A stretch of 32,000 nt of DNA from Candidatus Saccharimonadota bacterium (GTDB lineage Bacteria; Patescibacteriota; Gracilibacteria; UBA1369; 2-02-FULL-48-14), in assembly GCA_965230905.1 (NCBI GenBank), contig OZ246396.1, positions 630,001 through 662,000 on the forward strand, read 5' to 3'. Below are positions 23,374 through 30,610 of this stretch, piece after piece (position 1 is the stretch's first letter; each line of letters begins with the position of its first letter). The translations under genes were made by a program, and so were the position numbers. The notes under the pieces are model-generated. The model had not been told where the DNA came from. It did no database searches and saw nothing but the letters and a program-made list of their open reading frames with translations.

Positions 23374-23946
23374 TTATTTTTTAGATGCTTTAGCTTCACG
23401 AGGTTCATCTCGGAAGGGGAAGCCCAGGGCTTTCAAAAGAAGGTAGGTCTCCCGGTTGTCTTTCCCGGTAGTAGATACATTCACTTGAAGACCATGAGTT
23501 CGTGAGAGTCTTTCCTGATTCACTTCTGGGAAGATAGTGATGTCTTCGAGACCAATGGAGAAGTTTCCTTGTCCATCGAGTCCACGAGTGGAAATACCAC
23601 GGAAATCACGTACACGGGGAAGGGCAATGTTCACAAGTCGAGCGATGAAATCGTACATTCGTTCTCCACGCAGCGTGCTGTTGAGACCCACTGGGAGTCC
23701 GGCACGAAGCTTGAAGTTAGAAATAGCCTTTCGAGCCTTACGAAGCACCGGTTTTTGACCGCTGATTTCAGCAATGCTGTTTTCGATGTGGCTGTAGTCC
23801 TTCATTCCGCCAGTTACCATGCTTCCGATTCCCACGCTGATGCTAACTTTCTTCAGCTTAGGAAGAGAATTGATATTCTTGCGGCCCAGCTCTTTTTGGA
23901 GCATAGGGAGCACTTCTTTCACGTATTTTTCTTGTAGGTATGACAT
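23374..23946 (-). CDS. rplE: 50S ribosomal protein L5
   Basis: 190 aa. LPKLKKVSISVGIG and FRGISTRGLDGQGNFSIGLEDITIFPE. Confidence 0.95.
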   Translation of the reverse strand: MSYLQEKYVKEVLPMLQKELGRKNINSLPKLKKVSISVGIGSMVTGGMKDYSHIENSIAEISGQKPVLRKARKAISNFKLRAGLPVGLNSTLRGERMYDFIARLVNIALPRVRDFRGISTRGLDGQGNFSIGLEDITIFPEVNQERLSRTHGLQVNVSTTGKDNRETYLLLKALGFPFRDEPREAKASKK

Positions 23947-24251
23947 TATATTACTGAGTTACTTTTTTTAGCGATTCGTTCTTTCTTTCCGTCCTTAGAT
24001 ACTTTGTATCCGATTCGGGTCCCTTTCTTGGTCTTAGGGTCGAGCACCATGACGTTTGAAATGTGCAATGGAGCTTCGAAAGTGGTCTTGGATCCGGCTT
24101 GGGTCTTGGTCTTTTTAACGTGACGAACCACTTTGTTGAGACCTTCCACGACTACGCGGTCAGTCTTCTTTGAAACGCGCAGCACCTTTCCGGTTTTGTT
24201 GCGTTCCTTTCCAGTGATCACCACGACCATGTCTCCTTTTTTGATTTTCAT
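23946..24251 (-). CDS. rplX: 50S ribosomal protein L24
   Basis: 101 aa. [26 protein letters not shown] (KOW motif). Its stop shares one base with the rplE ATG. Confidence 0.95.
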   Translation of the reverse strand: MKIKKGDMVVVITGKERNKTGKVLRVSKKTDRVVVEGLNKVVRHVKKTKTQAGSKTTFEAPLHISNVMVLDPKTKKGTRIGYKVSKDGKKERIAKKSNSVI

Positions 24252-24616
24252 AATACTTCAGGTGCTAAAGAAATGATTTTTTGGAATCCTCGGTCTCGCA
24301 GTTCACGGGCAACCGGTCCGAATACACGAGTTCCCTTAGGAACTTTGTCCTTCCCAATGATTACCACTGCGTTTTCGTCGAAACGAATGCAGGTACCATC
24401 TTTTCGTTTGAAATTGTTCATCACTCGAACAATCACAGCTCGTTGAACGGTCTTTTGCTTCACAGCTCCCTTAGGCGCTGCCTTCTTCACAGAAACGATG
24501 ATCTCGTCTCCAATTCCGGCATAGCGTCGCTTTGAGCTTCCGAGCACCTTGATGCACATCACCTCTTTGGCTCCGCTGTTGTCAGCAACTTGTAATCTGG
24601 TTTGATTCTGAATCAT
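24248..24616 (-). CDS. rplN: 50S ribosomal protein L14
   Basis: 122 aa. [30 protein letters not shown] overlap with rplX. Confidence 0.95.
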   Translation of the reverse strand: MIQNQTRLQVADNSGAKEVMCIKVLGSSKRRYAGIGDEIIVSVKKAAPKGAVKQKTVQRAVIVRVMNNFKRKDGTCIRFDENAVVIIGKDKVPKGTRVFGPVARELRDRGFQKIISLAPEVL

Positions 24617-24617
24617 A

Positions 24618-24887
24618 TTATTTCTTAGCTTTTTTAGTAGGAGTAGTTTCCTTAGTAGCTGGAGTAGGCATGTCCACGGTCCAACGTTTTAAGCGGGAGA
24701 GCGGACGTGTTTCGTAGATCGTAACCTTGTCACCAAGCTTGAACGTTTCCTTTTCGTCGTGCGCGTGGAATTTTGTAGATTCGCTGTAGCGTTTCTTGTA
24801 TTTAGGATCCGTTTTAGAGGTCTCCACTTTTACGACGATGGTTTTGGTGCCTGATTTAGAGACAACCGTTCCTTCTTTAGTTCTCAT
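24618..24887 (-). CDS. rpsQ: 30S ribosomal protein S17
   Basis: 89 aa. [17 protein letters not shown]...[31 protein letters not shown]. Confidence 0.95.
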   Translation of the reverse strand: MRTKEGTVVSKSGTKTIVVKVETSKTDPKYKKRYSESTKFHAHDEKETFKLGDKVTIYETRPLSRLKRWTVDMPTPATKETTPTKKAKK

Positions 24888-25090
24888 TTGGTGGCTTGTT
24901 TATTAAGGGTTTGTATACGTGACCGTTGTTTGTCCCACGCTGCCTTTTGATGGCTTTGTTTGTCCTTTCCGGTTCGCATATTGATATTGAGGTGAGCGAT
25001 CGCTTTCTCAGACTCAACCATGAGCTTAGTGCGGTCTTCCGCGCTCATCTTGGTGAGTTCTTCCATGCTGTAGATTTTAACGTCAGTCAT
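24884..25090 (-). CDS. rpmC: 50S ribosomal protein L29
   Basis: 68 aa in the expected position between L16 and S17. Helical, Lys/Glu-rich, with an L29-like EELTKMSAEDRTKL. Confidence 0.85.
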   Translation of the reverse strand: MTDVKIYSMEELTKMSAEDRTKLMVESEKAIAHLNINMRTGKDKQSHQKAAWDKQRSRIQTLNKQATK

Positions 25091-25091
25091 A

Positions 25092-25508
25092 TTATTGATT
25101 GATTGAAACGAATTTAGTGGTTACTGGCAGCTTGTGTCCTGCCATGACGAGCGCTTCTCGTGCGATCTTTTCATCCACCCCGTCCATCTCGAACATAATA
25201 GTTCCAGGCTTCACTAGGGTAGTGTAACGATCCACAGCTCCTTTTCCGGATCCCATCGGAGTTTCAGCAGCCTTCAAAGTGATAGGCTTGTGAGGGAACA
25301 CGCGGATCCAGATCTTTCCGGTACGTTGCACGTGGTGTGCGAGTACACGGCGAGCGGCTTCAATCTGACGAGAAGAGACTTCTGCAATCTCCAAACTCTT
25401 GAGTCCGTAGCTTCCGAACGCCAGGGTGCTTCCACCTTTAGCGGTTCCGCTGAAACTTCCTCGAAGTCGTTGCCATTTCCGGTATTTTGCTCGTTTAGGT
25501 AGTAACAT
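25092..25508 (-). CDS. rplP: 50S ribosomal protein L16
   Basis: 138 aa. MLLPKRAKYRKWQRLR and RMGSGKGAVDRY-like PMGSGKGAVDRY. Confidence 0.95.
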   Translation of the reverse strand: MLLPKRAKYRKWQRLRGSFSGTAKGGSTLAFGSYGLKSLEIAEVSSRQIEAARRVLAHHVQRTGKIWIRVFPHKPITLKAAETPMGSGKGAVDRYTTLVKPGTIMFEMDGVDEKIAREALVMAGHKLPVTTKFVSINQ

Positions 25509-25510
25509 AA

Positions 25511-26167
25511 TTATTTAGTTGGGGTCAGGGCCTTTTGAGGATTGAATACCAATCCTTTGTTCACCCATACTTTCACTCCGATCTTCCCGTAGGTTGTCTG
25601 AGCTTCAGCGAGAGCGTAATCGATGTCAGCACGGAAGGTGTGAAGAGGGATTTGTCCTTCAGCGTAGAACTCTGTTCGAGAGATTTCTACTCCGTTGAGA
25701 CGTCCACTCATACGAATCTTCACTCCTTTGGCACCTGCATCCATTGCTTTCTTGATCGCCATTTTAGCTGCACGTCGGTAGGAAACACGTCGTTCGATTT
25801 GCATCGCGATGTTTTCACCTACGAGCCATGCGTCTAATTCTGGCTTCTTGATCTCTTTGATGTTGATAGTGAACTTGTGTCCAAATTCCTTTTCGAGAGC
25901 GGCTTTAAGATCTTCTACGCTGGCTCCTTGTCGTCCGATGATCACACCCGGTTTAGCGGAGTGAACATTCAGGGTGATGTCCTTAGCGTTTCGAGCGAGC
26001 TCGATGCGGGACACTCCAGAGTCGTTCAATTTCTTTTGTACAAACTTTCGAATCTTAATATCTTCAGAAAGCATCTTTCCGTATGCCTTTGGATTTGCAT
26101 ACCAGCTGGAATCCCATGTTCGGATGATTCCTACTCGAAGCCCAATTGGATTTACTTTACTGCCCAT
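25511..26167 (-). CDS. rpsC: 30S ribosomal protein S3
   Basis: 218 aa. MGSKVNPIGLRVGIIRTWDSSWYA, a KH domain, and RLNGVEISRTEFYAEGQIPLHTFRADIDY. Confidence 0.95.
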   Translation of the reverse strand: MGSKVNPIGLRVGIIRTWDSSWYANPKAYGKMLSEDIKIRKFVQKKLNDSGVSRIELARNAKDITLNVHSAKPGVIIGRQGASVEDLKAALEKEFGHKFTINIKEIKKPELDAWLVGENIAMQIERRVSYRRAAKMAIKKAMDAGAKGVKIRMSGRLNGVEISRTEFYAEGQIPLHTFRADIDYALAEAQTTYGKIGVKVWVNKGLVFNPQKALTPTK

Positions 26168-26169
26168 GG

Positions 26170-26571
26170 TTATTCTTGAGAGTTAGATTCTGGAGCCTTT
26201 TTAGCTGTCTTTCGTGAAGGCTTTTTGGCCTTAACGGGTGCACCGCTTTTTACATCCACGGTAACGCGGATCTGTGCAGTTCTCTTAAGGATAGGGTGTT
26301 GACGTCCACGTGATACGGGAACGCCACGCTTGTACGTAGGACCTTTGGTCACCACGATTTCCTTAATGTAGAGATTGCTTCGGTTTTGCTTTAGGTTGTT
26401 CTCGGCATTGGCTGCAGCTGATGCAATGGCCTTATAGAGGAGGCGAGCAGACTTCTTAGGTGTGAACTTAAGTTGAGCCAGTGCATCTTCTACCATCGCT
26501 CCACGTACCAATCCTGCTACCAGGTTGGCTTTCTTTGGAGATACGCGAGTGTTTTTGAGGAGTGCTTTCAT
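26170..26571 (-). CDS. rplV: 50S ribosomal protein L22 with a Lys/Ala-rich C-terminal tail
   Basis: 133 aa. RVSPKKANLVAGLVRG and GPTYKRGVPVSRGRQHPILKRTAQIRV. Confidence 0.95.
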   Translation of the reverse strand: MKALLKNTRVSPKKANLVAGLVRGAMVEDALAQLKFTPKKSARLLYKAIASAAANAENNLKQNRSNLYIKEIVVTKGPTYKRGVPVSRGRQHPILKRTAQIRVTVDVKSGAPVKAKKPSRKTAKKAPESNSQE

Positions 26572-26573
26572 GA

Positions 26574-26858
26574 TTAAGCTGCAGTTGCAGTGGTTTCTTT
26601 AGATTTAATAGGATGTCCACGGAACTTGCGTGTGAAGGCAAATTCTCCGAGACGGTGACCCACCATGGTTTCTGTAACGAATACAGGAACATGATCTTTA
26701 CCGTTGTGAACCGCGAAGGTGTAACCTACGAATTCAGGAGGAATTTGGCAATTTCGTGACCAAGTCTTCAGAATCTTCTTTGAGTTTGGGTCAGCATTGA
26801 GAACCTTCTTGAGAAGTTTCTGATCAATGTACGGACCTTTGTAGGAGCTTCGAGCCAT
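26574..26858 (-). CDS. rpsS: 30S ribosomal protein S19
   Basis: 94 aa. [12 protein letters not shown] and [16 protein letters not shown]. Confidence 0.95.
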   Translation of the reverse strand: MARSSYKGPYIDQKLLKKVLNADPNSKKILKTWSRNCQIPPEFVGYTFAVHNGKDHVPVFVTETMVGHRLGEFAFTRKFRGHPIKSKETTATAA

Positions 26859-26867
26859 AATTTAAGA

Positions 26868-27728
26868 TTATTTTTCAGTTAATTCAGCGACCATTTTGCC
26901 CTTTCGGGTCTTAACAATCCAGCGATTTGAACTGTTCTTACGTCGTCGGGTCTTAACACCGAGAGCGTGAAGCCCCCAAGGAGTCTTAGGATACTTAAGT
27001 CCAATTGGACAGTTACCTTCTCCTCCTCCGTGTGGGTGGTCGTTGGGGTTCATGGCTTTACCACGAACTTCAGGACGTTGACCCTTGTGACGATTACGTC
27101 CAGCTTTACCAATGGTTACATTGGAGTGATCGGCGTTAGAAACGCGACCGATGCTGGCGTAACATTCTTTGTGCACAAAGCGCACTTCGCCAGAGGGGAG
27201 CTGCACTTGTGCATACTCACCATCCAAAGAAGTAAGTTTTGCGGCAGAACCAGCAGTTTTAGCCAGCTGACCCTTTCCACTGAGATCAATTTGAACGTTG
27301 TGGATGTCGAAACCAACGGGAATGCTGATCAGTTGCATACGGTTTCCGGCACGAGCCTTAGCCCGTTTAGCCGTGATGATTCGGTCTCCAACCTTGATTC
27401 CTTCTGGAGCCAAGTGGTAACGGTATTCACCATCCTTATACAGAACGAGCATAATGAACGCGCTTCGATTTGGATCGTATTCTACGGTCTTAACGGTGGC
27501 TTCGATGTTCAGTTTGTCGGTTTGCTTGAAGTCGATAACACGGATCATGATCTTGTTTCCAGCTCCACGGTGACGAACCGTGATAACTCCGTTGTTGTTA
27601 CGTCCGGCGGCTTCGTGCTTATGACGCAAGAGACCCTTGAACGGTTTGTTCGTTGTTATTTCTTCGTAGGTCAGCACGGTCATTGACCGTTGTCCGTTCG
27701 TCGTATTTTTAACTTTTCGTATTGGCAT
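26868..27728 (-). CDS. rplB: 50S ribosomal protein L2
   Basis: 286 aa. GRNNNGVITVRHRGAG and MNPNDHPHGGGEG. Confidence 0.95.
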   Translation of the reverse strand: MPIRKVKNTTNGQRSMTVLTYEEITTNKPFKGLLRHKHEAAGRNNNGVITVRHRGAGNKIMIRVIDFKQTDKLNIEATVKTVEYDPNRSAFIMLVLYKDGEYRYHLAPEGIKVGDRIITAKRAKARAGNRMQLISIPVGFDIHNVQIDLSGKGQLAKTAGSAAKLTSLDGEYAQVQLPSGEVRFVHKECYASIGRVSNADHSNVTIGKAGRNRHKGQRPEVRGKAMNPNDHPHGGGEGNCPIGLKYPKTPWGLHALGVKTRRRKNSSNRWIVKTRKGKMVAELTEK

Positions 27729-27740
27729 ATAGGTTTATTG

Positions 27741-28079
27741 CTAGGCAGCGGCTGCAGCCTTTTTAGGAGTTTTTTTAGCGGTAGCGGTCTTTCCTGGCTT
27801 GGCTATTTCTAGCTTCTCACCAGCCTTTAAGGTAACGATAGCTCGTCGAGTCTTCTCTTTCTTTTCCATCAGCATGCGGCTTCGTCCCATTCGGAACTTA
27901 GGCAGACCATGCAAGATGTTAACACTCTTCACCTGCACTCCGTATAAGGTACGAAGAGCGTTCTTCACGTCGATTTTCGTTGCATCTTCGTGAACCACGA
28001 AGGTGTATTTACCAGTGGATTCCTGGTGTACGCTTTTCTCGGTGAGAACCGGTCGAACGAGTATTTGAGAGAGATTCAT
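27741..28079 (-). CDS. rplW: 50S ribosomal protein L23 with a Lys/Ala-rich C-terminal tail
   Basis: 112 aa. LVRPVLTEKSV and KYTFVVHEDATKIDVKNAL. Confidence 0.95.
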   Translation of the reverse strand: MNLSQILVRPVLTEKSVHQESTGKYTFVVHEDATKIDVKNALRTLYGVQVKSVNILHGLPKFRMGRSRMLMEKKEKTRRAIVTLKAGEKLEIAKPGKTATAKKTPKKAAAAA

Positions 28080-28080
28080 A

Positions 28081-28707
28081 TTACTTAGAGTAGGTGGTTT
28101 CGAGGTCTTTCAGCGCGGCTTCTGTGAAGAGAACACTGTCGTAGGTGAGGAGATCCTGAGGGTTTAAGTAACCGCTCATGATAACTTTTGCCTTTCCGAT
28201 ATTCTTAGAAGACATCTTGAGAGTCTTTTCTTCACGGTTTCCAACCACGAGGATGTCGCGTTTGAGCTCGAGCTTCCCGAGGAAGTTAGCGAATACCTTG
28301 GTCTTAGGTGCATCGAGTTCGAACTTGTCGAGCGCGAGTACTTTTCCGTCCTTAGCTTTCATGCTGAGGATTTGGAACAGAGCACGGTTTCGTTGTTTCT
28401 TAGGCATCATTACTGCGAAGTTTTGCCACTTCTTAGGTCCAAATGAACGTCCTCCACCTCTCATGTGTGGGTTACGAGTGGAACCTTGTCGAGCTCGCCC
28501 TGTGTGCTTTTGTGCAAAAGGTTTCTTTCCTCCTCCAGATACGTCGGCTTTGTTCTTCACGTGGGCAACCGCCTGACGTGCGCTCTTTTGTTGGTACACC
28601 AGATAGCTGTGAACGATTCCTTCGCCACCTTCGATTTCGAAGATGTTCTTAGCGAGGGTAACGTCACCCGTCTTGGTTCCAGCCTGGTTGTAAAGAGGTG
28701 CTTTCAT
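28081..28707 (-). CDS. rplD: 50S ribosomal protein L4
   Basis: 208 aa. GGGKKPFAQKHTGRARQGSTRNPHMRGGGRSFGPK. Confidence 0.95.
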   Translation of the reverse strand: MKAPLYNQAGTKTGDVTLAKNIFEIEGGEGIVHSYLVYQQKSARQAVAHVKNKADVSGGGKKPFAQKHTGRARQGSTRNPHMRGGGRSFGPKKWQNFAVMMPKKQRNRALFQILSMKAKDGKVLALDKFELDAPKTKVFANFLGKLELKRDILVVGNREEKTLKMSSKNIGKAKVIMSGYLNPQDLLTYDSVLFTEAALKDLETTYSK

Positions 28708-28712
28708 TTGAA

Positions 28713-29288
28713 TTATTTTCGGATGATGATGAGGGTGCCATTAGCTCCTGCAACGGCTCCTTTGAGTCCGATGAGGTTCTTAGCAACGTCTATATATACA
28801 ATTTCTTTCATCTCGGTCTTTCGGTCGCTTCCCATGTGTCCGGCCATACGCTTACCTTTGTGCACTTTACCAGGTCTTGCACGAGCTCCGATGGATCCAG
28901 GTTCACGTTTGAAGTGGGAACCGTGGGTACGTTTACCTCCGGCGAAGTTGTGACGCTTCATTACTCCCTGGAACCCTTTACCTTTAGAGATGCTGCTTAC
29001 CTTAGTCATTGCACCAATCTCGAATCCCTCGAGGTTAACCGTGTCTCCCGTTTGTACAGACGCAGGGTCTTCAATACGGAATTCACGCATGGTACGGAAT
29101 TTTCGGTTCTTGGTCGGCTTCTTCAACGCATCAAACCCGAGGACTACCGCCGGATATCCGTCTTTTTCAACAGTTTTCACTTGTACCACCGTGTTAGGGG
29201 AGCACTCGATCACTGTAAGAGGGATCACACGACCGTCATCTTGGATGAGACGGGTCATACCGATTTTTTTACCTAGAATTCCTGACAT
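28713..29288 (-). CDS. rplC: 50S ribosomal protein L3
   Basis: 191 aa. ILGKKIGMTRLIQDDGRVIPLTVIE and KGKGFQGVMKRHNFAGG. Confidence 0.95.
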   Translation of the reverse strand: MSGILGKKIGMTRLIQDDGRVIPLTVIECSPNTVVQVKTVEKDGYPAVVLGFDALKKPTKNRKFRTMREFRIEDPASVQTGDTVNLEGFEIGAMTKVSSISKGKGFQGVMKRHNFAGGKRTHGSHFKREPGSIGARARPGKVHKGKRMAGHMGSDRKTEMKEIVYIDVAKNLIGLKGAVAGANGTLIIIRK

Positions 29289-29432
29289 AGTTTAGAGCTT
29301 AGTTTTGAATCGAAGCGTTTGGTCTTTTCCCCTGAGGGGTCCCAGAATTGTGTCGCTTGCGCGACGGATTCTTGTTTAGCACTGAAGTGCTTGGGGAGCC
29401 TTTTGCTTCTTTTCTAAGATAAATGCCCGAAG

Positions 29433-29461
29433 ATACTAATGACCCTTAAGCGCAGAGTCAA
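29433..29461 (-). promoter_or_regulatory. candidate internal promoter for rplC and downstream genes
   Basis: Minus strand: TTGACT (29461-29456), 17-nt spacer, TAGTAT (29438-29433). About 140 nt upstream of the rplC ATG and just downstream of the terminator-like hairpin. Confidence 0.5.
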
Positions 29462-29512
29462 GACATTTTTTGGAAATCCTTAGCTTTTGACTGTAGACAG
29501 GTGAGAAGACAC

Positions 29513-29551
29513 AAAAAAACAGAAGCTGAGACAGGCTCGAACTTCTGTTTT
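29513..29551 (-). terminator. rho-independent terminator-like hairpin downstream of rpsJ
   Basis: Minus strand: ACAGAAG...CTTCTGT, a 7-bp stem extendable through A-U pairs, followed by TTTTTTT (complement of A 29513-29519). About 50 nt after the rpsJ stop. Confidence 0.6.
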
Positions 29552-29600
29552 AGTAGGTGGCTAAGCCTTTGCCGCAGCTTCTTGCTGCTGGCATAAAGTC

Positions 29601-29978
29601 CTAGACTTTAGGTGCTTTCTTTGCAGACTTCTTAGCTGGCTTTTTGTCTTCACCTTCACTGGCTTCCATAATCATCTTGATTTCGATGTCCACTCCAGAG
29701 GGAAGAGACAGGTTTGAAAGCTCTTCAATAGTAGCAGGAGTCGTTTCGGTGAGATCCACGAGACGTTTGTGGGTTCGCATTTCGTACTGTTCACGAGAGT
29801 TCTTGTGAACGAAGGTAGACTTGTTAACCGTGAACTTGTCGATGTTCGTAGGCAGGGGGATTGGTCCCATTACGATTGCGCCGGTTTTTTCGGCGGTTTC
29901 GATGATCATGCGGGTAGCATCGTCGATAACCTTGTGATCAAAGGACTTGATCTTGATACGAATTTTTTGCTTAGACAT
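29601..29978 (-). CDS. rpsJ: 30S ribosomal protein S10 with a Lys/Ala-rich C-terminal tail
   Basis: 125 aa. [31 protein letters not shown] and RTHKRLVDL. Confidence 0.95.
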   Translation of the reverse strand: MSKQKIRIKIKSFDHKVIDDATRMIIETAEKTGAIVMGPIPLPTNIDKFTVNKSTFVHKNSREQYEMRTHKRLVDLTETTPATIEELSNLSLPSGVDIEIKMIMEASEGEDKKPAKKSAKKAPKV

Positions 29979-29997
29979 AGGACTTGATAATAAGGAT

Positions 29998-30027
29998 AAA
30001 AAAATACCGAACTTTTTACAGCTCGGT
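29998..30027 (-). promoter_or_regulatory. attenuator/terminator-like hairpin in the rpsJ 5' leader
   Basis: Minus strand: ACCGAGC-UGUAAAAA-GUUCGGU (7 bp including one G-U), then A + U7. The U-run ends about 19 nt before the rpsJ ATG. Confidence 0.45.
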
Positions 30028-30120
30028 TTCTAAGCACCAGGTGGTGCCGAAGTTTGAAACGAGGTGTCCCGTATGTACGAGGAAGATTCTAAAAGCAGAA
30101 TCTTGCATTTTGTAATGCAG

Positions 30121-30149
30121 TATTTAAAGGAATTGAAGGGGCTTGTCAA
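30121..30149 (-). promoter_or_regulatory. candidate promoter for rpsJ
   Basis: Minus strand: perfect TTGACA (30149-30144), 17-nt spacer, TAAATA (30126-30121). The -10 is weak. It starts 2 nt after the upstream gene's stop. Confidence 0.4.
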
Positions 30150-30151
30150 TA

Positions 30152-30511
30152 TTAGAAGTTCATGGCTGAACTGAAGATGTTCCTCAAAAAGTGCAGAAAT
30201 CCCTCCTCTTCGGGTTCAGGTTCTCCGGCGATGCTGTGATGAGGCTCCTCTTCTTTTTCGGAAGCCATGCTGATTCGCCCAAGTTTATGGATTCCTTCTT
30301 TAAGTTCAGAGAATTCGCCCACTTCTTCAGCAATGTTCACGGCTGGATTCTCGATGTGAGGAACGTTTTCCTTAGACATCATGACTTCGCTGCTCCAAGC
30401 AAGCAGGTCGAGTTTCTTGAGAGAAGGAACGTTCATTTCCTGACCGATTGCAGGTAGGCCCACAAAGGTGAACAGGGCGAGAGAGGCTAGGACGAGCTTC
30501 CAGTTGAACAT
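30152..30511 (-). CDS. hypothetical small secreted acidic protein
   Basis: 119-aa ORF with an ATG start. Signal-peptide-like MFNWKLVLASLALFTFVGLPAIGQE. A TATAAT box lies about 25 nt upstream on the minus strand. No family recognised. Confidence 0.55.
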   Translation of the reverse strand: MFNWKLVLASLALFTFVGLPAIGQEMNVPSLKKLDLLAWSSEVMMSKENVPHIENPAVNIAEEVGEFSELKEGIHKLGRISMASEKEEEPHHSIAGEPEPEEEGFLHFLRNIFSSAMNF

Positions 30512-30610
30512 ATTTTTGTTTTTAAGTTCCCTTAATTATAAAACAATTTTCGTCATTTGGCAAGCTTGTAAAGGACGGAATGTGTGCAATAATGCTTTCT
30601 TATTTAAATT

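Noticed and set aside
26967-27686. 239-aa plus-strand ORF. Similar long antisense ORFs occur at 12366-12947, 13590-14180, 10621-11103, 11108-11963, 17772-18404, 28465-29276, 15856-16581 and 16869-17573.
   Set aside because: Each lies fully antisense to a confidently identified gene (rplB, rpoA, rpsK/rpsM, rpsI, rplM/rplQ, map, rplD/rplC, the 435-aa ORF, LCP). Their translations are low-complexity or Arg/Ser/His/Phe-rich with no recognisable motifs. They are shadow ORFs produced by codon bias.
29519-29548. tRNA-like T-loop string GTTCGAGCC inside the rpsJ-rplC spacer, which raised the possibility of a hidden tRNA or tmRNA-like gene.
   Set aside because: The flanking 5 nt on each side (AGAAG / CTGTC) cannot form a T-stem. 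No acceptor or anticodon arms can be drawn. The string is simply the loop of the terminator hairpin.
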